Below are positions 57,660 through 64,000 of a stretch of 64,000 nt of DNA, in pieces. The notes beneath the pieces are model-generated. The model was not told the origin of the DNA. It saw nothing but the letters and a program-made list of their open reading frames with translations, and searched no databases. The stretch comes from Bacteroidota bacterium. Lineage in GTDB: Bacteria > Bacteroidota > Bacteroidia > Palsa-965. Where the stretch lies: NCBI GenBank assembly GCA_031412295.1, contig JANOCU010000032.1, forward strand, positions 66,956-130,955, in the 5' to 3' direction. Position numbers and translations under genes: made by a program. Numbering within the stretch: the first letter of the stretch is position 1; the number at the start of each line of letters is the position of its first letter.

Positions 57660-58879
57660 TGTATAGCGACGGTAGTTTTTTTCACGGTTCTTCCCGGGTA
57701 AACTTTTAATGCTTCATCGAGACAGATCATCGCATTTTTCAGATCCGTGCGATTCAGAACGTAGGCGATACGCACTTCATCTGTTCCCGCTCCCGGCGTA
57801 GAATAAAATCCTGTCGCAGGAGCAAGCATTACTGTTTCTCCGCTGTGATTAAAACTTTCCAAAAGCCATTGACAGAAAATATCTGCATTGTCAATTGGTA
57901 AACGCGCAATGCAATAAAATGCCCCGCTTGGCTTCGGACAAAAAACTCCGTCCATTTTATTCAGCGCTTCAATCACAAAATCTCTTCGTGCTGTATATTC
58001 CATAATTACACCATCGAAATAAGATTGCGGTGTTTCCAAAGCAGCCTCAGCGCCGATCTGTCCGAATGTTGGCGGACTTAATCGTGCCTGCGCAAATTTC
58101 ATTGCGTTCGCCATCACCTCTTTATTTTTCGAGATCAGCGCGCCGATTCGTGCACCGCATGCGCTGTAACGTTTCGAAATGGAGTCGAGAAGCACTACAT
58201 TGTTTTCAAGTCCTGCGAGATGCATAACAGAAACATAGGTCTTTCCGTCGTAGCAAAACTCGCGGTAAACTTCATCCGACAAAAGGAACAGGTCGTACTT
58301 CAAAACCAGCTGCTTCAATGCTTCCAGCTCTTCGCGTGTGTAGAGATAACCTGTAGGATTTCCCGGATTGCAGATCATGATGCCTTTTGTTTTCGGCGTG
58401 ATCATTTTTTCAAACGCTTCAATAGGAGGAAGTGCAAAACCGGATTCAATAGAAGAACGAATTGGTTTTACGATGAGATCCGCCGCGCAGGAAAATCCAT
58501 TGTAGTTCGCATAAAATGGTTCCGGGATTATGATTTCATCACCCGGATTGAAACAAGTCAGCATCGCAATTTCAATCGCTTCCGATCCGCCTGTGGTGAT
58601 CATAATATCTTCCATCTCCACAGGCATATCGAACTTGCGGTAATAAGCAGCAAGCTTTTTGCGATATGATTCAATTCCTGCAGAATGGGAATATTCAATA
58701 ATTTTTATGTTGGAATTCTTAATCGCGTTCAACATCACCTCAGGAGTTTCAATGTCGGGCTGACCGATATTGAGGTGATAGATTTTCTTGCCTTCTTTTT
58801 TCGCTTTTTCAGCGAATGGAACAAGCTTGCGAATAGGGGACGACGGCATATGATCCGCCTTCTGGGATACTTTTGGCAT
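57656..58879 (-). CDS. Class I/II pyridoxal-phosphate-dependent aminotransferase, aspartate/aromatic aminotransferase-like
   Basis: 407 aa. The N-terminus reads SSPIRKLVPFAEKAKKEGKKIYHLNIGQPDIETP. The PLP-lysine region is DSISKRYSACGARIG. It overlaps the PAP2 start by 4 nt. Confidence 0.75.
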   Translation of the reverse strand: MPKVSQKADHMPSSPIRKLVPFAEKAKKEGKKIYHLNIGQPDIETPEVMLNAIKNSNIKIIEYSHSAGIESYRKKLAAYYRKFDMPVEMEDIMITTGGSEAIEIAMLTCFNPGDEIIIPEPFYANYNGFSCAADLIVKPIRSSIESGFALPPIEAFEKMITPKTKGIMICNPGNPTGYLYTREELEALKQLVLKYDLFLLSDEVYREFCYDGKTYVSVMHLAGLENNVVLLDSISKRYSACGARIGALISKNKEVMANAMKFAQARLSPPTFGQIGAEAALETPQSYFDGVIMEYTARRDFVIEALNKMDGVFCPKPSGAFYCIARLPIDNADIFCQWLLESFNHSGETVMLAPATGFYSTPGAGTDEVRIAYVLNRTDLKNAMICLDEALKVYPGRTVKKTTVAIH

Positions 58880-59043
58880 GGGAAGTTTCTAGGATGGTAA
58901 AGGTCGCAAATAGCCGCTGATTTCGCTGATTTTCGCAGATAAAAAATACAGGAAAATCGGGCATGCCTTAAATAATCACCGTAAATCTGCGAAACCGCTG
59001 CCTGCAGACGCGCGTGCATTGCTGCGGCAGGCAGGAGCGGCTG

Positions 59044-59463
59044 CTAACCTTTCCGCTTCAGCACAATCGCCTTAAACGTAAGCGTAACCGGTGAATTCGA
59101 AGCATTTGATTTTACGATCACCGTTCTTTCCTGGCGGTCCATTGCACTTTTGCTGTCGAAAGTAACTTTTACTATTCCTGTTTGTCCTGTTTGAATCGGT
59201 TGTTTTGGGAAATCTACTTTCGTGCATTCACACGATACTTCTGCTTCGGTAATAATTAAAGGTTCATCGCCGGTATTTGTAAAGGTAAATTCATGCGAAA
59301 CAATATCGCCCTGGTGAATCATTCCGAAATTATGTTTCACCGAATCAAATGTCATTGCAGCGGCCTGCCTGCCCACGTGTTGAGCTGCGCGTTGCAGGCA
59401 GGGATTAGAAACCCTGAAAGCAAAAACGCTGATGAGAAATACGAATGCGAGGAGCCTTTTCAT
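59044..59463 (-). CDS. DUF1573-domain protein, paralog 1
   Basis: 139 aa. It has a signal peptide. The core is FTFTNTGDEPLIITEAEVSCECTKVDFPKQPIQTGQTGIVKVTFDS. Confidence 0.7.
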   Translation of the reverse strand: MKRLLAFVFLISVFAFRVSNPCLQRAAQHVGRQAAAMTFDSVKHNFGMIHQGDIVSHEFTFTNTGDEPLIITEAEVSCECTKVDFPKQPIQTGQTGIVKVTFDSKSAMDRQERTVIVKSNASNSPVTLTFKAIVLKRKG

Positions 59464-59555
59464 GAAATGAAGTTACAATTTAAAAAAACAAAAAGAGCAA
59501 ATACCAAATTCCAAACATTGTCTTGGGATTTGATATTTGCTCTTTTGTATTTCAT

Positions 59556-59960
59556 TTAGGGTGTTACAATTGTTCCGTTAAGATGAAGAACTATATTTCC
59601 GTCACCGTTATTCGAAATGATCGTGGCTGTTTTATGCTGTAGTCCCATTTTATTGGCAGAATCAAACACCACGTGAATTGTTCCTGATTTACCCGGGGCA
59701 ATCGGCTCTTTCGGATAATTAGGAACGGTACAGCTGCACGATCCTTCTGCTGAGGTAATGATCAATGGTGTTTTTCCTGTATTCTTAAATACAAAATCCA
59801 TTTCCACTTTCGTTCCTTGTTTTACCGTTCCGAAATCAATCGTGTCTTGTTTAAATGTCATCACCGGAGCAGATGGATCGATCCCGGCGGTAGATTGCGG
59901 TTGTGCAGACACAGATAAAAATCCGGTCATAAGAATTGCAGCGAGTAGGAACATTTTCAT
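59556..59960 (-). CDS. DUF1573-domain protein, paralog 2
   Basis: 134 aa. FVFKNTGKTPLIITSAEGSCSCTVPNYPKEPIAPGKSGTIHVVFDS. Confidence 0.7.
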   Translation of the reverse strand: MKMFLLAAILMTGFLSVSAQPQSTAGIDPSAPVMTFKQDTIDFGTVKQGTKVEMDFVFKNTGKTPLIITSAEGSCSCTVPNYPKEPIAPGKSGTIHVVFDSANKMGLQHKTATIISNNGDGNIVLHLNGTIVTP

Positions 59961-60019
59961 TGGAGAAAATTTTAGTTTGTTAGGTAATTCACTAACTGCA
60001 AATACTACGCCACGAAATG

Positions 60020-61051
60020 TTAATCCGGTTTGTAAGGCGGAGTGACTTCGCCGATAATATTTAATACTACTACCTGGTCATTATTATACCTAATGATAAT
60101 CTGCTTATGCTGTACTCCTCTTCTGGCATCCGTATTAAGCAGGTATTTTATTACACCCTTTCCACCGGGAGGAATCGGTTCACGAGGTGCTTCAGCAACA
60201 TCACATCCGCAGGCAGTAACACAATCAGTTATTTGAATGGGTGTTGTTCCGGTATTTGTAAAAGGAATTTCAAGCCTTACATATTCACCCTGTTTTACTT
60301 TTTCAAAATGATAAGTTGTTGAATCGAATTTCATATACTGCACTGCATAAACCCATCCTGTCAATTGCAGCTGAACACTTCCATTTTCACTGTTCGATTG
60401 AATGTCGATCGATTTACTCAATGGTCCTGTTCGGTCAGAAGTGGTTTGCGTTATTTTAATTACACCCGATTCACCCGGCGGAATTTCATTCTTTGGCCAT
60501 TCCGCATAGTTAGCGCCATGACCAAATACTACATTCCTGATGATGAGATTTGCTTTACCTGCATTTGTAAAATGAAATTCTTTAACAATCAATGTTCCCT
60601 GTTCCACTTTTCCGAAACTGATTGATGTCGAATCAAACCTGATGAGCGCAAACGGACCGGTCGTGATATTTCCTTTTATATGCAGCACAATATTTCCATC
60701 CCGATTATTCGATTCGATCGTAGTTGTTTTATCCTGCAACCCCATTTTACCATCCGTACAAAAACGAATAACAATCACTCCCTTATTTCCCGGCGCTATC
60801 GGCTCTTTCGGATAATCTGCAACCGTCCCACCTGAACCGCGCGCACCAGTAATAATAAGAGGGGATTTCCCTGTATTCTTAAAATAGAAATTCTCCAGGA
60901 CCTGTGTACCCGGTTTTACATCACAAAAATTTTGAGTTAAAGAATCAAACGTCATCACCGGCTCATTCAGATCGAGTGGGGGTGGAATACTTTGTGCTTC
61001 CGAATTCGCATAACAAAAAAGAAGAATAAAAAAGAGGAGAAATTTTTTCAT
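60020..61051 (-). CDS. Triple-DUF1573-domain protein, paralog 3
   Basis: 343 aa containing three consecutive DUF1573-like modules. Confidence 0.7.
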   Translation of the reverse strand: MKKFLLFFILLFCYANSEAQSIPPPLDLNEPVMTFDSLTQNFCDVKPGTQVLENFYFKNTGKSPLIITGARGSGGTVADYPKEPIAPGNKGVIVIRFCTDGKMGLQDKTTTIESNNRDGNIVLHIKGNITTGPFALIRFDSTSISFGKVEQGTLIVKEFHFTNAGKANLIIRNVVFGHGANYAEWPKNEIPPGESGVIKITQTTSDRTGPLSKSIDIQSNSENGSVQLQLTGWVYAVQYMKFDSTTYHFEKVKQGEYVRLEIPFTNTGTTPIQITDCVTACGCDVAEAPREPIPPGGKGVIKYLLNTDARRGVQHKQIIIRYNNDQVVVLNIIGEVTPPYKPD

Positions 61052-61093
61052 GCAGCGGGATTTGGGTTTATCTAACCAACAAAAATCAAGCCT

Positions 61094-61281
61094 GCCTCAC
61101 CCCGTGGGAGATTTCATCTCACGAACATTTCCAATCCCCCTCTCCAGGGAGAGGGGGATTGGAAGTTTTCATAGAAAGGTTTCAGCAAAATTTCGTGAGA
61201 AGAAAATCTAAATCCCCCTCTCCCCCGGAGAGGGAACACCACAATGCCCATCGCTATAAAAATCTCCCAAAGGGGTGAGGC
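61094..61281. mobile_element. MITE-like 188-bp element with about 21-bp terminal inverted repeats and internal GGGGG/CCCCC palindromes
   Basis: The left TIR is GCCTCACCCCGTGGGAGATTT and the right TIR is AAATCTCCCAAAGGGGTGAGGC. The internal perfect palindromes are CCAATCCCCCTCTCC-AGGG-AGAGGGGGATTGG at 61131..61162 and CCCTCTCCC-CCGG-AGAGGGA within 61213..61235. There is also CATCTCACGAA ... TTCGTGAGAAG. Confidence 0.45.
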
Positions 61282-61305
61282 ACAAAAATTTAGTTTTAAC
61301 CAAAA

Positions 61306-61737
61306 TTAATTCCCGCCTGTGGCCGGTGTGCCGGCGGGAGTTACTGTACCTTTAATTTTTACGTCAACAATTGCATTCGATGCGTTCGATGTTACTGTGA
61401 TCTTTTTGTCAAACATTCCCGGACGATTTGTTGTATCATATTTTACTTTAAAAGAAGCTGTTCCCCCGGGAGGAATCGGATCTTTTGGCCAGCCTTCAGG
61501 TAATGTAGTGCAACCACACTGACCTTTGATGCTGGTAATTATCAATGGTGTTTTTCCTGTATTTGTAAATGTAAAAACACGAATTGCCTCTGTTCCGTAA
61601 ACAATACTTCCGAAGTTGATCTCTGTTTCTGCAAAAGTGATCACAGGTGCATTCGGATCTGCAAGAGCAACGGGTGCTTGTGCAGACAAACGCATGGAAG
61701 CGACAAGCAAAAACAATACAGGAATGAATCGTTTCAT
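61306..61737 (-). CDS. DUF1573-domain protein, paralog 4
   Basis: 143 aa. FTFTNTGKTPLIITSIKGQCGCTTLPEGWPKDPIPPGGTASFKVKYDT. Confidence 0.7.
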   Translation of the reverse strand: MKRFIPVLFLLVASMRLSAQAPVALADPNAPVITFAETEINFGSIVYGTEAIRVFTFTNTGKTPLIITSIKGQCGCTTLPEGWPKDPIPPGGTASFKVKYDTTNRPGMFDKKITVTSNASNAIVDVKIKGTVTPAGTPATGGN

Positions 61738-61751
61738 CGGATTGTGGCTGA

Positions 61752-62321
61752 TTAGTTATTTACCGGGGTTGCACCATTTGTTGGTGTTGAACCTGGTCCC
61801 GGGAAAGATGTTTCAGAAGGCGGAGCTTCAACAGTTCCTTTAATTTTAAGAACTGCAGGAGTATCTTTTCCCTGGAAAGTCACTGTAACCTGCTTTTCAA
61901 AAGGTCCGATACGATTTGTATCGTAGTGAACTGTGATTACAACAGTTTGTCCCGGTTTGATCGGCTCTTTCGGATAAGTTGGAACCGTACAGCCACATGA
62001 ACCGTGCGCTTCAGTGATTACAAGCATTTCTTTGCTTGTATTCGTGATGCGGAATTCACAATTAGGCTCGCCACCTTTTTTGATAGTGCCGTAATCGTGT
62101 GTGGTTTTGTCAAACTTATAACCAGGATCAGCCTTGGTTTGAGTTGTTGCGGCCGGGGCTGTTTGCGTAGTTGCAGGTGCAGTCTTTGTTGTTGCAGCCG
62201 GAGCTGGTTTAGTAGCAGCAGGAGCCGGTTTGGTTGCTGTTGGAGCCGGTTTGGTAACCGTTTGTGCATTAGCAGCAGCAAAACCAAAGCAAAGGACAGA
62301 AATTGCGATCAGCTTTTTCAT
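61752..62321 (-). CDS. DUF1573-domain protein, paralog 5, with an N-terminal KPAPAAT/TTQTAPA low-complexity linker
   Basis: 189 aa. FRITNTSKEMLVITEAHGSCGCTVPTYPKEPIKPGQTVVITVHYDT. Confidence 0.7.
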   Translation of the reverse strand: MKKLIAISVLCFGFAAANAQTVTKPAPTATKPAPAATKPAPAATTKTAPATTQTAPAATTQTKADPGYKFDKTTHDYGTIKKGGEPNCEFRITNTSKEMLVITEAHGSCGCTVPTYPKEPIKPGQTVVITVHYDTNRIGPFEKQVTVTFQGKDTPAVLKIKGTVEAPPSETSFPGPGSTPTNGATPVNN

Positions 62322-62341
62322 TTGGAAAAAGGGTTTTAAAA

Positions 62342-62950
62342 TTAGTGTTTCGGCTTTTCAGCTGGTGTTGTTGGAGCTGTTGTTCTTGGCGCTGTAGATG
62401 CAGGAGCTGTAGTAGCAGTTTTTGGTGCTGTAGCAGGACCATTTGTGCCTTTTGGAGCTGTTGTAGTTGCAGGTGTTGTAGTTGATTTAGGGGCCGGTGT
62501 TGAAGCGCCGCCTTGTGGTGCTGTCTGGCCATCTTTTGGTGCAGCTGCAGCCTCTACATTTCCTTTAATATGAAGAACAATAGTTTTGTCAGTGTCATAT
62601 GTCAAAGTAACTGTTTTGTCCTGCATGCCCATTTTACCTGCAGAGTTAAAAGTCACTTTAATGATGCCTGAACCATTTGGTTTGATCGGCTCTTTTGGAT
62701 AATCAGGAACTGTGCAGCCACATGATCCGACAGCATTATTAATGATCAATGGCTCACGACCTGTGTTTTTGAATTTGAACTCGTAGGTTACAGATTCACC
62801 TTGTTTGATAGTTCCGTAATTGTATTCAAGAACATCAAAGGTCATAACCGGACCATTTTTAGATTCCATTCCGGAAGTTACAGGAGCTTGCGCTTTAGAA
62901 ACGGTGATAAAACCGAGGCACAAAAGCGGCAGGAGGAGCAATTTTTTCAT
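62342..62950 (-). CDS. DUF1573-domain protein, paralog 6, with a C-terminal Pro/Thr/Ala-rich tail
   Basis: The start is taken at MKKLLLLPLLCLGFITVSKAQ, an internal Met of the longer ORF. The core is FKFKNTGREPLIINNAVGSCGCTVPDYPKEPIKPNGSGIIKVTFNS. The tail is TPAPKSTTTPATTTAPKGT... Confidence 0.7.
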   Translation of the reverse strand: MKKLLLLPLLCLGFITVSKAQAPVTSGMESKNGPVMTFDVLEYNYGTIKQGESVTYEFKFKNTGREPLIINNAVGSCGCTVPDYPKEPIKPNGSGIIKVTFNSAGKMGMQDKTVTLTYDTDKTIVLHIKGNVEAAAAPKDGQTAPQGGASTPAPKSTTTPATTTAPKGTNGPATAPKTATTAPASTAPRTTAPTTPAEKPKH

Positions 62951-63104
62951 TGTAAAAGTTTTTTGATGATTAGGAGTGTAATAGTTTCGGTTCTCAACAG
63001 CTAAAATCATGCCATAGTCAGGCTTCCTTAAACTATTGACTCGGCGAAAATTATTAGCTTTACAGCCCTTGTAAATAAAGGGAAGTACCGAAGATAAGCT
63101 ATTT

Positions 63105-64000
63105 ATGGAAATCGCAAAAACCTTTGAATTTTCTGCCGCTGAAGAGCGCTGGTATGACTTCTGGAATAACCAGGGCTTTTTCCGCTCTGTTCCCGATGAT
63201 CGTGAGCCGTATACCATTGTAATTCCGCCTCCTAACGTTACAGGCGTGCTGCACATGGGGCATATGTTAAATAACACTATCCAGGATGTGCTGGTGCGCC
63301 GGGCAAGAATGCTGGGCAAGAATGCGTGCTGGGTTCCGGGGACCGACCATGCTTCCATTGCTACTGAGGCTAAGGTAGTTGCGCTCCTGAAAGAAAAAGG
63401 AATTAACAAAAAAGATCTGACCCGCGATGAGTTTTTGAAATACGCGTGGGAATGGAAAGAAAAATACGGCGGAATTATTTTAGAGCAGCTCAAAAAGCTC
63501 GGCGCCTCCTGCGATTGGGAACGTACGCGTTTTACAATGGAAGAAGAGCTGAGCGAATCCGTGATCGATGTTTTTATTGATCTCTACCAGAAAGGTCATA
63601 TTTACCGCGGAACACGAATGGTCAACTGGGACGTTTCTGCATTGACCGCTGTTTCGGATGAAGAAGTAATCATGAAAGAGGCGACTTCGAAATTGTATTA
63701 TTTAAGGTACAAAATCGAAGGCACAGAAGATGAATGGGTGACGATTGCCACTACACGACCTGAAACAATTTTAGGTGATACTGCTGTTTGTGTTCATCCC
63801 GAAGATGAGCGTTATGCAAAACTGGCAGGCAAAAAAGTAATCGTTCCTTTATTAAATCGCCCGATCGAAATTATTTACGATGAATATGTAGATAAAGAAT
63901 TCGGAACAGGCGCTTTGAAAGTTACTCCTGCGCACGATCGTAACGATTATGAATTAGGAAAAAAACATAATCTAGCTTCCATTGATATTTTGAATCCGGA
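63105..64000 (+). CDS. valS: Valine--tRNA ligase, 5' part; the gene continues beyond the window end
   Basis: [26 protein letters not shown]...[29 protein letters not shown] matches the class-I HIGH region, and the ValRS N-terminus is conserved. Confidence 0.9.
   Translation, partial: MEIAKTFEFSAAEERWYDFWNNQGFFRSVPDDREPYTIVIPPPNVTGVLHMGHMLNNTIQDVLVRRARMLGKNACWVPGTDHASIATEAKVVALLKEKGINKKDLTRDEFLKYAWEWKEKYGGIILEQLKKLGASCDWERTRFTMEEELSESVIDVFIDLYQKGHIYRGTRMVNWDVSALTAVSDEEVIMKEATSKLYYLRYKIEGTEDEWVTIATTRPETILGDTAVCVHPEDERYAKLAGKKVIVPLLNRPIEIIYDEYVDKEFGTGALKVTPAHDRNDYELGKKHNLASIDILNP

Noticed and set aside
62951-63493. The 181-aa N-terminal extension of the 62342..63493 ORF
   Set aside because: A signal peptide starts at the internal Met, MKKLLLLPLL. 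The upstream portion has no DUF1573 homology and would run antisense through the valS promoter region.

Overview
This is a 64-kb chromosomal window from a Bacteroidota genome, probably a Sphingobacteriia- or Chitinophagia-like lineage. That placement rests on the gene content below. The core of the window is the conserved translation and transcription locus, in this order: rpsU, a xerC-like recombinase, hpf, tRNA-Thr, tRNA-Tyr, tRNA-Gly, tRNA-Thr, tuf, tRNA-Trp, secE, nusG, rplK, rplA, rplJ, rplL, rpoB, rpoC. The 5' end holds an overlapping gmhA–hddA heptose pair, a GT4 glycosyltransferase and two T9SS type-A-CTD cargo proteins. Downstream of rpoC lies a T9SS-rich accessory region. It holds a TPR-sensor histidine kinase and LuxR-type response regulator directly upstream of a roughly 2,730-aa adhesin with three internal tandem-repeat arrays and a type-B T9SS C-terminal domain. 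That adhesin is followed by a PorP/SprF-family gene and a PorE-like TPR, beta-propeller, OmpA protein. After these comes a decayed partial duplicate of this module. Further accessory content includes a second type-B-CTD protein with no adjacent porP gene. There is a patatin-Omp85 (PlpD-like) protein and a long N/S/G/R-rich low-complexity hydrophilin-like ORF. A frameshifted GIY-YIG nuclease gene is bracketed by a family of 45-nt palindromic repeats whose flanks co-vary. A cytochrome-c/Cu2-monooxygenase fusion carries a T9SS CTD. A tandem array of six DUF1573 paralogs is interrupted by a MITE-like element with terminal inverted repeats. The window ends in the 5' part of valS. No rRNA genes or CRISPR arrays are present. 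All product names are inferred from motifs read directly off the translations; no database searches were run.
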